Of a stretch of DNA of 64,000 nt, positions 45,801-59,173 are shown piece by piece. Within the stretch, counting starts at the first letter, position 1. Every line of letters starts with the position of its first letter. The notes under the pieces are model-generated. The model was not told the DNA's origin, did not search any database, and was given only the letters and a program-made list of their open reading frames with translations. Origin of the DNA: Eledone cirrhosa (taxonomy: Eukaryota); contig OZ024740.1 of the NCBI GenBank assembly GCA_964016885.1, positions 366,172,001 to 366,236,000 on the forward strand, read 5' to 3'. A program made the position numbers and the translations under genes.

Positions 45801-48800
45801 GAATGCCATGGTTGACGGAGGCTCGGCTCTGTAAGGTATTGTAAACTTTGACCGCTATAACAATTGTAAATTGTTTAAAACTGTAATCAAATTGTAGACA
45901 AAAACACCCTCCTCCTCGTGAGAGGGGTCTTTCTGCCCGTTATTTGGCCCTTCGGAGTCAAATAACCGCTTATTGGGGTTTTGTGCCCAATATTTATTTT
46001 AAACAAAAAAATAAACAAGGCCACTAAAAAGAATTTTCATAGGTCACTCCCACTCATTCCGTCTTCTTCTTCCTCAATCGTCACTACAGCAGAGAGAAGA
46101 TTGTCTCTCTCCCTCCCTTCTCTAAATGTGTATCTCTCCCTCCCTTCTCTTTCGCAAGCGACGCCAGTCAAGAAAAATCACGTGAAAATCATGGAACATT
46201 TCTCCACGACGACGACAATGACGAAAAAGGTGTGCGGTAAATACGAAAGCCCATTTCATTCGTCTGACGTCATGAATAATAGCAGTAGCAGCCGTAATAA
46301 CAGCAGCAGCAGCAACAGTGACAAGGAAAACAACAGTAGCAGCCGAAACAGCATCAGCAGCAGCATAAACAACAACAGCATTAGCAGAAACAGCAACAAC
46401 AACAACAGCAGCAGCAACAACAACAACAACCACAGCAACAGCAACAGCGGCGGAGGCAGTAGTCGTAGTACCTGCAGCAACAACAAAAGTAACAGCAGCT
46501 CTGACGACAACAACAACAACAGCAGCAAATAAAAACCAATCTCGTTTGCAGGTATCGCAAAGAACCTGGAAACCATCCTCATAACAAATGAGGAATTACA
46601 GGAAGCGAAGAAGATGGTGACGAAAATCGGACACCGAGCAATCTGCAAGGTAGCCGAAACATTTTTCGAAACCCAACAGCACTGTACGGTCAAGGTACCG
46701 TACAGTAAGCACAAAATCCCGTAGGGTTGAAAGAGCCACAGAGGCTCAAATACAAAAAGCCTTAGGGTCTGTGTGGCAGCGGAAAACGCATATCACCCGA
46801 AGCAAGAAATATGCCGCCGTAGACGTGCGTTTTGCCACACCCCAGGAGGCAAAGGCTCAATCCTTAGTGACCCTAAGGAGCGAGGAAATGGTGTTGGTGC
46901 CCTCCTACTGCGGGCAAAAAATTGTGAGGGTCAAACTGACCCACGTCTCCCCCGGGATGGCCCCTTCTTGGCTGGCCGCGTCTGTCCTCGTCGGAATCGA
47001 GGACAAAACAACTGTACTGCAAGTACAGAAAAAAGTAAGAGAAGATTGGGTCGGCACCTCCATTGAGATGTTAATCCAAACCAACCAGGAGTGCATCGAA
47101 GCTATCCCGGATGTGATAGACTTCGATAACGGCACTCAACTGCCCATAAGTGTTGAGGGCAAACGCCCGAAATGCTTTCGCTGTGGATCGAAGACTCACC
47201 TCAGGGCCTTCTGCAACGAGAAGACCCTGAGAAAGGAGAAAACCCCCCTCCTTCCGAAACCGGCTCCACGGCTACCAGCAACAGGACAAGCGGCAGCCAG
47301 GAACGATAGGTCCGTGGCACCCATACCCACGCCACGGAAATCAAGAACAGCAGCAGCAGTGGTATTATTAACAACAACAACAGTAATACGAAATGCAGCT
47401 GCAACAGAGACTCCAGTGCAAACATCACCAACAACAACAAGTGAAAGAGTGGAGCTGGTACCCCTCCCCGACCTCACAGAATCAGACATGGAGTGTGAGG
47501 TGGGAGAGGGATGGTAAAAGGTCGTAAGAAGGCACAAGCGCAGAAGCAGCGCATCGTCGCCTTCGAAAAGGGAGGAAAGAAATGAAAAAAGGGTAAAGGC
47601 TACTGCAAAGAGACTCACAGCAGCAACACCACCAACACCACCAACACCACCCACACTAGAACCACCATCACCACCGGCGACAACCCCGCCGCCAACAACA
47701 ACAACACCTTCAACACCACCACCACAAGCACCAACATCGCAAACACAACAACAAAACACACACACCCAGCAACAACGACAAGAAAATAGCAGAACCACAC
47801 CCCACCCCCAGAAAAACAAATGCACGGCAATAAATACACACAACAAGAAACTAATAACTTACATAATTGAACACACAGACATTTCACAGCACGACTACAT
47901 AATACCAGCACCAATCAAAACGCCAACGAAGATAAGACTGGTAAAATAGCACAGAAACAATACACAAACATTAAAACGATATTCCCCAACGCAGTTGGTG
48001 ATTTCAGAAACCTAGGAGGGACTCTCAACCGGAGAGTATATTCGGACATACTTATAGAAGAGCCGACGACCAGCCGAAGGGACGATTCAACGGTCCCTTC
48101 ACCAGACGATCAAGTGAAAAGGGATGGAGAAACCATCCTTCCTCTACGAAAAGTACGGTAATAGTCTTTCCCATCTTTTCCACTCCATTTTAAACATGAC
48201 CTCACCCAGAATAGGCAGCATAAATGCGCGTGGCTTGGGGTCGTCATGGAAGCAGGGTCACTTGCTCAACGACCTCAGGTCACTAAACATAGATGTAGTG
48301 GCCATCAGCGAGACCAGCATCTCCGAAGCACGGGCCTTCGCACCGATCTTTGGCGGCTACGATGTGTACGCATCTCCCAGCCGTCCTGGATCGGGGGGAG
48401 GAGTTACTGTGCTATTTCGGAGAGTTTTGGATCTTGCCATACGGGCCATCTTCCTGGACCCAGAAGGTCATCCAGATCATATCTACATAGAGTATTTTGT
48501 AGGGAAATAGATAGGTCTAGCATAGGCTGTCCACAATTCAAGATAGTCAGCTACACGGACCACAAATTCGTGATCTGTGTGCTTGACTTAGATAAGCTTC
48601 ATAGACGAGGACCCGGCTACTGGAAGCTAAACGAGTCCTTACCAGCGCTCAAGGCCTACAGAGACCGGATTAGCGAACTAGTTAAGCGGGCGTTGACGGG
48701 GGCCATCGTCAACAACAAGAGGTGGTTTGCTCTGAAAAGAGCGATTAGAATAGAATCCATTAGGTTTAGTAAGGATTTGGCAATAGAGAAAAATAGAGCA

Positions 48801-51461
48801 GAGGGAGAACTAGTTAGAAAATTAGACGAGGCGCTTAGCAAAGGCATCGCGACCGACGTGCTTGCGGCGAAATTGGCCCTTGACCAATTCTTCAATGCAA
48901 AGCACGAAGGCTGCGTTGTCAGAGCTAGGGTGCGTTCTCTCAGACACGAGGGGACGAAAGCCGTTCAATGGGCCCGAGTGGCGGAGGCGCGTCGTGGAAA
49001 CAAAGCCACGATCCGGTTTTTGGTGGACCACGACGGGCGCATGCTACTCGATCCCGGGCAAATGTGTGAAGCTCTTCAGCGACACTTCGCTCAGCTGTTC
49101 GGGGGCAGCGGTGGGCCGGGTCGAGGGATGGACTTTAGTGTCTACCTCAACGGACTGCCGCGGCTCTCGGCCACTGAGGCGGAGTGTTGCGAAAAGCCGA
49201 TAACGGCCGCTGAAGTACGGGAGGCAATGACTGGCTGCACAAGGGGTAAATCGCCTGGTTTGGATGGTCTGCCCTATGAACTTTACGTACAGATGCCAGA
49301 CTTGTTCGGAGGCCTCTTGGCGGAGGTCTACTGCAACTGGCAACAGAACGGGAGAATTCCCAGCTCTGTGAGCCGAGGAGCGGTGGCACTGCTGAGAAAG
49401 GATCCGAACAAGGGGGATAACATAGATAATTTCAGGCCCATAATTCTGCTAATCACAGAGTTCAAGGTTTTGCCAAGGTGCTAGCAAAGAGGTTGGCGCT
49501 TGTCGTTGGTAGTCTGGTGGGAGAGGCGCAGACATGCGCCATTCCCGACAGATCCATCCACGACAACCTCCACCTCATGCGATACTTCGTAGAGAGGGTA
49601 GCTAGGGAACCTGGCACGGGTGGGTCCTTGATCAATTTAGATCAGTCGAAAGCTTTCGATAGGGTCGACCATCGTTACCTAGCGGCAGTCCTGAGGGCGG
49701 CTGGCTTTGGGCCCGTTTTCAGAGGCTGGATCGCTGCCATGCACAGCGACATCTGCTCTGTGGTGAGAGTGAACGGTCACCTGTCGGAACCGTTCAACAT
49801 CATGCGCTCGGTGCGCCAAGGATGTCTCCTCTCGTCCTTCTTGTACGTATTGACTCTCGAGCCATTACTGCACAAACTGGAGACGTTGAGGGGCGTCCCA
49901 CGCGAACTAGGATGCGGAAGATCCGTGTCAGCATATGCGGACGATGTCACCGTAGTGGTGTCGAATGCCATACACATCGAGGCGATCAGCACTAAGAGAA
50001 TACGAAGCGGTAACATGAGCAATGATCAACCAGGAAAAGTCAGTGGGCCTGCAGCCATGCCGCCCAACAGCGTCGTCGGACGCTGGACGGACGGAGCGGT
50101 TAAATTGCTCGGGGTCTGGTTCGGTCCGGACCTCCAGACGGACAAAAACTGGGACGAGGTGACGAGCAGGGTGGCTTCTCTCACCCAGAAATGGGCGGAG
50201 AGGAAGCTATCCCTGAAAGGTCGAGCGGAGGTGGCTAACGCGTACATCGCGTCTGTCATCTGCTACCGCCTGACCGTCGTACCTTGTCCTAAGCCCCGCC
50301 TGACTGCGCTGGAGCGTTTGCTCTTTCGCTTTTTGTGGAAGGGTCGCTACGTGGAGGGCTGGGCATGCCGTGGCTGATGATGCGCAGACACGCGCTCAGA
50401 CTACGACATCTCCACCTCTTCCTCGACGGTGATCAGGTGTGGTCGTCGTTTGCTAGACACGTCTTTCCCCAGCTCGTCTCCTTGACAGAGCTGCAGTCCT
50501 GGGTCAAGCGAAGACCGAGAGGGAGCGCTTGGAGACTGGAATGTCTTCAGGCGCTCACTTCCCTCGACCAATCGGGCAATGTGATCGGTGGAAACTCCAC
50601 CTTGGCGTTCTATAGAGGATTAGTGGAGAAGAGCGACGACGCACTTGGAGAAACTCTAGGCGTCGACGAAAATCAACTAGCCATTCTCTTCGGAAGAACT
50701 TTCGGGCCGGGACCTATGGACAACTTCCAGAAATCTCTGGCCTGGCAGTGCTACCGAGCAGTTCGGGATAAACTCTACAGGCATGGAGGTGCCGTCAGCC
50801 GGGCATGTCCGAGATGCGCGCAGGCCGACGAAACCGTCCTGCACGCACTCGTCCAGTGTCCGAAAATTGCTGACTTGTGGGTTTATGTCGAACACCTGCT
50901 GTCGCGTGTAGGACGGATCCGGCTATCATCGTGAGGATGCCCGCCCTCTTCCTTTAGCTGGGAAGGGCAGGCAGTTTTTATCTGTCTGGTGGCCATGGCG
51001 AAAGATATAGTATGGTGGACACGTTTGAAAGGGCTGAAGACGAGCACTTACCTCTTCGGTGATGCCCTGATTAACTTTTTCAAATTTCATTTAAAAAGGA
51101 AAATCAGAGTAGAGAGGGAAGTGCTCTCTTCCCAGCATTTTGTTGAAAGATTGGTGAGAGAAGCAAGAATGGCCCGAGTGAATGGGCCTACTCTGAGTAC
51201 GTATCTGTAAATTAAAGGTGGAAAACTGGGAGAGGGCACTTGCCTTGGTGGTCAGGCTCACTGTGGCCTTTTGCTGGGCTTTCTCCACAAATGTCCCTCC
51301 GAAGTCTCCCCCCTATTGGGGAATTTTTCATTGTTATTATTTTGTTACATCCTCTGTTTTTGTTTTTTACACGCAGAAATGCCCATTTGTACCGTCCTGT
51401 ATTGTCCTGCACTGTCCTTAATGTCTACTTTATGTAAACCCTTGTGGTTAATAAAGAAATC
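45801..51461 (+). mobile_element. Tx1-type LINE copy 3, complete ends but degenerate
   Basis: Same 5' start as copy 1; multiple stops, frameshifts and deletions; (ATT)n on both sides. Confidence 0.96.
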
Positions 51462-51502
51462 ATTATTATTATCATTATTATTGTTATTATTATTATTATT
51501 AG

Positions 51503-51690
51503 GGCGGTGGATTGGCAGTATCGGTAGAGAGTCGGACGCCATGCTTTCCAGCATAGTTACGTCCCTTTACGATCTGAGTTCAAATCCCGCCGAGGTTAAC
51601 TTTGCCTTTCATCCTTACGGGGTCGATAAAATAAAGTACCAGTAATGCACTGAGTAATTGCTGGCCTTGTGCCTAAAGTAGAAACAATTA
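51503..51690 (+). mobile_element. Full-length tRNA-derived SINE
   Basis: A/B boxes; (ATT)n on both sides. Confidence 0.88.
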
Positions 51691-51704
51691 TTATTATTAT
51701 TCCT

Positions 51705-52472
51705 TGGAGGGTCGTGTGGGTTGGTTTTGCTCGTAAAATCTGTCCAGCAATTTATTCCTGAAGCATTCGAACCAAATGTCCGTAATATCGGAGCGGTGAT
51801 CTCTTAATTCGAAGATGTAGTACCACGTCATCCGCAAATTTCAGCCGACTAATCCTACACCCGCCAGTCTCGATACCACTTCCTACCCGGTTGCGCATGT
51901 CAATCCTGTCTATGAAGATTATGAACACGAGAAGTGACAGTGCGCGCCCTGGGCGGAGTCCGACATTGAATGGTTTCGACTTAGCACAATTTATCCCAAC
52001 ACAAATACTCGAGCATTCGAGGGCAACAAGAAGCTGTCCATCGATCCCAAACTCCTGCAGAACCTTCTACAAAAGATCCCGTGGAACGCAGTCTTATGCC
52101 TTTTCGAGGTCAACAAAAAAGCATATACTTCTTGACAATATTCCCACAATTTCTCATAGACCGCAGTGTGAATATTTGGTCGGCTGTGTTGCGTCCGGGT
52201 GAAAACCACCCTGTTCGTCTGTTAGCTTGAACTTGACAATCTCCCATCTTTCTGTCAGACACAGCAAAGACTTTATCGGGGAGGTTAACAAGGATATCCC
52301 TCTATAATTGGAGCAATCTCTCTTGCTCCCTTTTTAAGAATTGGATTATCACTCCCGATTGTCATGGTTTAGGTGCCTTTCCAGAGAAGTAGGCCACTCA
52401 GCACTCACAAGTTTAATGCTTTTAACATCTCGGACCGAATTTCATCCTCCTCAGCAGCCTTGCCACATTTGA
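51705..52472 (-). pseudogene. Degenerate RTE-like reverse transcriptase fragment
   Basis: Reverse strand: GKAA..DEI..EMLK, FVDLEKA*D.VPR, EFGIDGQLL, GLR.G..LS, FADDVVL, with frameshifts. Confidence 0.78.
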
Positions 52473-52880
52473 GAAATTTAATTAATTATAATTAATTGCT
52501 ACTCGTGAACTTGAACTTATTTCAAAAAGGAAATAGAATATTTTGAGTTGTCTCCCCCACTCACTTGTCTTTAGTTGAGTTATCCATTGTTTAACAATGT
52601 TTCCCTCTCTTTGACACAGGTATAGTCTCGATTAAATTAAGTTACTGTGCTCTCCTCATTAAGTATGTTACAGCTTCACTATAATTTGATACATGTTGCT
52701 ACAAAAGAACGTGGCAAATAACGCGAGCACTATATAAGTACTCCGTACGTTTTTGCTACTGACTTGAGATAACTTCGCGAATGTTATAGACCTGCCAACC
52801 TCTAAAAACCCAAACGGGGAATACCAGGAAATAAAGGGCCCCAAAACGGGGAGAAATGAAGCAAAATGGGGAGATTTTAC

Positions 52881-53067
52881 ATAATTGTTTCTACTTTTGG
52901 CACAAGGCCAGCAATTACCCAGTGCATTGCTGGTACTTTATTTTATCGACCCCGTAAGGATGAAAGGCAAAGTTAACCTCGGCGGGATTTGAACTCAGAA
53001 TGGCAAGGGCCGTAACTCTATGCGTCAAAGCATGGCGTCCGACCCTCTACCGATACTGTCAATCCAC
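52881..53067 (-). mobile_element. tRNA-derived SINE
   Basis: Reverse complement of the 51503 family. Confidence 0.85.
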
Positions 53068-54483
53068 AATGAGAGCTATACCCATTTTCACAAGAGAAGA
53101 TATCTCTCACCCACCCCAAAGTGGGTGGGTGATCGCCCCGTTGGACGAGTCTGGTGTTAGGGATGGACATGTTTTGCTAGACTGACACTTTCCAGATGTA
53201 TAGAACTGGAAATGATAATGTGTAATGTAATAACAAATGGGTCAAAAATTAAATGTGTAGGAACCCCTGTTGAACAATTCATACTCAAATGGTAACTCTT
53301 TCATAAACATTAGAAGACTATACATCCACTATTCGTGAAATAAAACTTCTCCAATTTTCAACAGTGAGTGAAAGTAAAACTCTGTTTCTGACACTAATAC
53401 AAACTCATGTCACTCGAGCTGCTAACTAAATAGCTTAGCCATTCAACAACAACACATACAAACTGCTCGCTCAAACCCTCAAATCATTCATCAATTATCA
53501 ATCAATTTATTTCTCAGCACTTATTCTCATCGCACCATAATTCATTCAAGAATTGTTCTTGAAATCTATGTAGAAAGTAACACAAATTTAGTCTTCCGGC
53601 GTTGTAGATAACTAATTTGCTTGTTCCTATTGTTTTACATATTGTTATCTGAGGACAATCCCAAAGTTCCAGTCTGTCTGTCTCCCTTCAGTATCGACTT
53701 TATGCTTCTTGGAGCTAAAACTGGTTAATTATTCCCAAATTTCTGCAACAGACATATGGTAAATATTTCAGTTCTCATTTATAACATTACAGAAGAGGTT
53801 GGTTTTGAAAAGTTTATCTCTTTACTTTATGAGACTCATAGAAAAAAAAAATCAAACGCAAAAATAACTGCAAATACAGTCGACTATTATAAATACTAGC
53901 TTAGAAAATTGGGTAAAATACCCCTATCAACGGAAAAAAATCTATTTCATTACTTCTTATTGTCAATTGTTTTATTTCATTACTACTTCCTTGTTAATAT
54001 AATTCTTCTGTTTCATCACTATTTCGTTGTTGATTCTTATTGTTGTTCTTATGTCCTGGAAGCTATATATTATAAGAATCTCGTTGTCATTTGCATCATT
54101 AATCTTCAGATAACAACAATACAAACAAAGCAATTTGAAATCCATTCCTCTTTTCCTGAGCTGACAATCACTATCCCCACGTCCCCGTATTTTCGAAATA
54201 TTTACAATGAACGTGAATCTAATCTATAATTATGAGCAAGTGTGTAGTTCAGTCGCGCATAGATGGAAGCAATGTGCAGCAGTTTTCCTGTGCATATTTG
54301 AAAGAGGTTAATTTTTATATAATTCATAATGTATTTATATGCATTTCAAATTAGAAAAAACCATATCTTTCTTGAGAATTATGTGTTCCCAGCAATGTGT
54401 TATATGTATACGTATGTATATATATATATATGTTATATGTATATGTATGTATGTATGTATGTATGTATTCCTATATTTATGTT

Positions 54484-54573
<90 letters not shown>

Positions 54574-54576
54574 AAA

Positions 54577-54625
54577 GCTTCTACAGGACTAGAACTGTTT
54601 CATTCGTGAGAAATCATCAGGAAGC
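54577..54625 (-). ncRNA. Type I hammerhead ribozyme (left arm of palindrome)
   Basis: Mirror image of 54624-54672 with one loop substitution. Confidence 0.85.
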
Positions 54626-54672
54626 TTCCTGATGATTTCTCACGAATGAAACAGTTCTAGTTCTGTAGAAGC
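54624..54672 (+). ncRNA. Type I hammerhead ribozyme (right arm of palindrome)
   Basis: gcttc-CTGATGA-t.ttc-tcac-gaa.t-GAAA-cag-ttctagtt-ctg-TA-gaagc; all three stems pair. Confidence 0.88.
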
Positions 54673-54743
54673 TTTTCTATATTAAACATTTATACTCTGC
54701 ACTGTATTGAGTACCTTACTTACTGTGGTTACTCCCGATAACT

Positions 54744-54797
<54 letters not shown>

Positions 54798-54799
54798 GG

Positions 54800-54849
<50 letters not shown>

Positions 54850-55043
54850 GGTTATATATATATATATTCGGTTATTTGTCGGAGATTCCTTCATAGAAGC
54901 CTCATTCTTATAGCCTGGTCTATTCGATGTTTTATATAGTTAATTATGCTAATTGGGAGAGGAAATAGTATATATTTTATCTTGTGATTCTATAGACATG
55001 TTTTATGATATATATATTTATGTATATATATATATATATATAT

Positions 55044-55085
<42 letters not shown>

Positions 55086-55888
55086 GATGAAATCGAAAAT
55101 GCAACTGGAGTCTTATTTTTTTAAAAATATATATATTTATTTGGTTCCTTTACCGGTTTCGCAGTTCTGTAAACATAAGTTCTGTGAAATCGTAGACGAG
55201 AGAGAGAAAAAATTCCGAGCAGCTTGGCCGAGCGTGCGAGAGAAAAGAATTACACACAGGTCAAACGGGAAGAAAGAGGAGGAGGAGAGTTAGTGACAGA
55301 GAATGATTGAGTGAAGGGTGAGGAAGAGGCTAACAGAGAGAGAGAGACTGCTAGAAAGGGTAAAGATACATAGAACGAAAAAGACGCGTAGCAGCAGAGG
55401 AAAAAATATGTGTAAATATGATAATAAGGGCGCTGCGGAGTTGCAAATGGGTTACATATAAAAAAAAGTTTGTCCTTCATCAGTGATCTTCCAACCATCA
55501 TAGGCATTTAAAGCGGAATTTTTTCTCTCTCTCGTCTACGATTTCACAGAACTTATGTTTACCGAATTCGCAGACCAGACCCCTTCTTCCTCCCGTTAGA
55601 CCTGTGCGAAATTCCTTCCTTGCTCACATTTCAACCAGGTTTGATGGTCTTTATTCTCTCGTTCACGATTTCACCGAATTTAAATTCATAGAAATTTGGG
55701 ACTTGTCTCCTTCTTCCTCACTTTCTGTTGTTTCACCATTTTGTTTGTTTACCCTCGCGTCCCCTTTATTTACGTGTCCCAACGACTTTTTTTAGCCGTT
55801 GCTCGCACCAACCGGAGGTATATGGTCTTTAAAGCGATGAAATGTCTATGATGGTTGGAAGATCACTGATGAAGGACACACTTTTTTC

Positions 55889-55919
<31 letters not shown>

Positions 55920-55930
55920 TAACAGATCAA

Positions 55931-55981
55931 AGTTTAAGCAAAGAATCGCTGCTTTCACCTTTAACGGGATCTTCTGAAACT
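55931..55981 (-). ncRNA. Type I hammerhead, U4A variant (inverted pLTR copy)
   Basis: Reverse-complement homolog of 58869-58919; one mismatch in stem II. Confidence 0.65.
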
Positions 55982-56125
55982 AAAAGAATCAATCTGTGAA
56001 CGCAGAAGTAAATATTTCGAAAAACGTTGCAACCGAAGGAAGACAGGAAGACGATACGTTGGTTCGTGGAAACGTTCCCTGGCAAAGAACGGAAAAAAAA
56101 ACGAAGATAATACGTCATTATTTAG

Positions 56126-57625
56126 GATTTTAGATAGAATTATACCTGAAATTAGAAGTTTGGCCCCTCTTGCACTGTGGAACAATTCTTTCGCGGTGAT
56201 TGATTGGTTCAACGGCATATGCAACAAGGAACATTGCCGTTTTATCCAATCCGACATCAATAATTACTACTCCTCCATCACTTTACCACTCCTTAGAGCT
56301 ATCAATTTCGCTAAAACACTCACAGTGGTTAAGGATTTCGAAGTTGATGTCATCCTCAAGGCCCGTAAGTCGGTGATTAATTTCGACGACTCTATTTGGA
56401 TTAAAAAATCTAATAGTACCCCATTCGACGTGAGTATGGGCGCCAGCGATTCTGCGGAGCTTACTGATCTTATCGGCCTGTTCGTTCTTTTCTCTATCAA
56501 GGAAGAATTCCCCAACGTGGGCGGTGGTTTGTACCGTGATGACGGTCTTTTGACCATGACAAAGTGCGGCCCTCGTGCTTGCGACAGGTTCAGAAAAGAA
56601 CTCACAGCCTTCTTTAAAGGCTTCAACCTCTCTATACAGGTTGAGGCCAACCTCTCGGTCGTTAATTACCTCGAGGTTACCCTCAATTTGTCGAATGGCT
56701 TGCACTACCCGTATAGAAAGCCGAATGATACGCTTAATTACATAAGTAAGCATTCTAACCATCCTGCCAGCATAACCAAGAACCTGGTAAGAAACGTTTC
56801 TTTGAGACTTTCCCGTCTATCTACAAACGAACATATTTTCACCGACCATTCCACATATTACAATGAAGCTCTTGCTCGGAGTGGATTTGTCGATTAGGTA
56901 GTATATACAGAGTATGAGAATAGACCTAGGGAAAATAGATCCCGACGCATTATATGGTATAACCCACCATATAATATGGAGGTGGCCACACCATTAGCTA
57001 AGATCTTTCTCTCCTTTATTATGAAGCATTTCCCCCCAGCACATAAATATAGTAAAATTTTTAATAGAAATACCATTAAAATGTCTTACTCTACGACTCC
57101 TAACCTTGCACATAACATCACAGCTTCAAATTTAGCTAAATTATCTAGTCGTAGGAACACGTGCAACCCTGTAGCTAGTACTAACTGTAATTGTAGGAAT
57201 CGGTTGACTGCCCCCTATCCAGGAAATGCCTCCCTAGTAACATTGTCTACAAATGTAAGGTTGAAACACCCACGCTCCGTAGGGCCTACATAGGGTTAAC
57301 CGCCAATAGATTCAAGCAGCGTCTTTACATGCATACCCATTCTTTTCTTAACCCTTTAAGAAGGAATATGACGTCACTTTCAGCTTATATCTGGAGTCTA
57401 AAAGACAACCACACCCAATATAAGTTACACTGGGAGATCCTAGCTAGGGCTAGATCGTATAACGGAAATAAAAGACCATGTGACCTCTGCGACGCTGAAG
57501 CTTTGGAAATACTCTACGCCAAAGACCACATCTTAAACAACAAATCTGAGGCAATTTCGACTTGTAAACATAAATTGCACAAAACTTTCCTGTATTACAG
57601 CCCCACATTATACCCTAACGGATAG
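56126..57625 (+). pseudogene. PLE reverse transcriptase + GIY-YIG endonuclease, disrupted
   Basis: DI.NYYSSI, MGA, GGLYRDDGL, PYRKPN, SNHP, IIWYNPPY, CNCRN, NIVYKC..AYIGLT, LSAYIWSLK, CDLC..E..IL, LN..SE..CKH. Confidence 0.9.
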
Positions 57626-58002
57626 TACGAACTATACGCGGATATTTTACGTCTTGTTGTGGTAGCTAAGTATATGTTATGTTTATACCATTACTTATTT
57701 GTATAGGTAAGTATATATTACCTGTATGTTTTGTGAAGGTATGTATACTTTCTCGTACGTATATTTGCTTGTATATGTTATAGGCGAATATATTATATTA
57801 TATATACTGGTACATGTGCATATGGTTATGTGTATACGTGAGTTTTGCGTCTGTGTGAGTATGCGGGTTCGTACGTATGTAGGGTGTGTGTGTGTGTATA
57901 TGTGTACTTTGTGTTTTGGTTGACGTACGTTTAGCGAACATATGTGTATTTACTTGTAGTTATGTGTGTGCGCGAGTTATATACGTATTTATATGTGTAT
58001 AT

Positions 58003-58409
58003 TTATATACGTTTATTTAATTATATATATACACGCACACACACACACATATATATATATATTTTATATATATTTTTATGTGTATTTCGTGTATACGTTC
58101 GTATGAGTGCGGGTACAGGCGTTGCGTGGGTTCTGTATGTGCGTGCGTGTTTTTTTGTGTACGTGCATGTATTTACATACCCATGGCGGGTGTTTTCGCG
58201 TGTGTGTATAGTTATATACGTTTATATAATTATATGTATACACGCACACACACACACATATATATATATATTTTTATATATATTTTTGTGTATTTGGTGT
58301 ATACGTTCGTATGTGTGCGGGTACAGGCGTTGCGTGGGTTCTGTATGTGCGTGCGTTTCTTTTGTGTACGGGCTTGTATTTGCATACCCATGATGGGTAT
58401 TTTCGCGTA
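58003..58409. repeat. ~210-bp tandem duplication in the PLE 3' region
   Basis: gtatacgttcgtatg.gtgcgggtacaggcgttgcgtgggttctgtatgtgcgtgcgt occurs twice. Confidence 0.85.
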
Positions 58410-58868
58410 TGCATGTGTATGTACGTATATGGATGCGTGCATGTATATTTAATTTTTGTTGATTTCAATTACCTCTGTAATTTATTTACATTATTCTTAA
58501 CTCTGAAGCCGAGAATCATTCGGTTTCCTAAATAGAATTTAAGTCTACGACTTCAGTTATACCATAAACGTCGTTTTGTCTTTGCGTGTAGTTGTTCTCA
58601 CCACTCCACATAATGACGTATTATCTTCGTTTTTTCCGTTCATTGCTAGAGAACGTCTCCACGAACCACCTAATAAAATATTAGTCTCCGACTTCATTTA
58701 TAACATAAACATTGTTTTTCAGCGCTCCAAATAATGACGTAATATCTTCGTTTTTTTCCATTCTTTGCTAGGGAACGTTTCCACGAACCAAAGTATCGTC
58801 TACCTGTCTTCCTTCGGTTGCAACGTTTTTCGAAATATTTACTTTTGCGTTCACAGATTGATTTTTTT

Positions 58869-58919
58869 AGTTTCAGAAGATCCCGTTAAGGGTGAAAGCA
58901 GCGATTCTTTGCTTAAACT
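58869..58919 (+). ncRNA. Type I hammerhead, U4A variant
   Basis: agttt-CAGAAGA-t.ccc-gttaa-ggg.t-GAAA-gca..tgc-TT-aaact. Confidence 0.72.
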
Positions 58920-59026
58920 TGAATCTGTTATTTTAATAAATATTTGCTCTACGGTTCTTATATATTTGATATATATTTATCCTTCTGGAGCTCTCTTTGG
59001 ATTTTAGTCTTCAAATTTATTATTAT

Positions 59027-59069
<43 letters not shown>

Positions 59070-59107
59070 ATATTAACAAATGGAAACTATATTTTTAAAA
59101 CCATATT

Positions 59108-59173
59108 TATTTTATTATATATATTTCAAGGGCCACCAAGGCAAATTATGGTGCGCTTTCATCAGATAAAATA
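59108..59173 (-). ncRNA. Type I hammerhead ribozyme with palindromic stem III
   Basis: tattttat-CTGATGA-aag..cacca[loop]tggtg..ctt-GAAA-tatata-TA-ataaaata. Confidence 0.75.

Larger units (their letters stand above)
55913..58935 (+). mobile_element. Penelope-like element (Hydra-like), 5'-truncated with inverted pseudo-LTR
   Basis: ~210-bp inverted termini (55913-56122 / 58730-58935); RT and GIY-YIG between; (TA)-rich flanks. Confidence 0.88.

Noticed and set aside
48460-48475. Deletion in Tx1 copy 3 resembling a spliced GT-AG intron (gtaagc...catag)
   Set aside because: The junction is 1 nt off the splice product and fits an agggt microhomology; copy 2 deletions also show short microhomologies.
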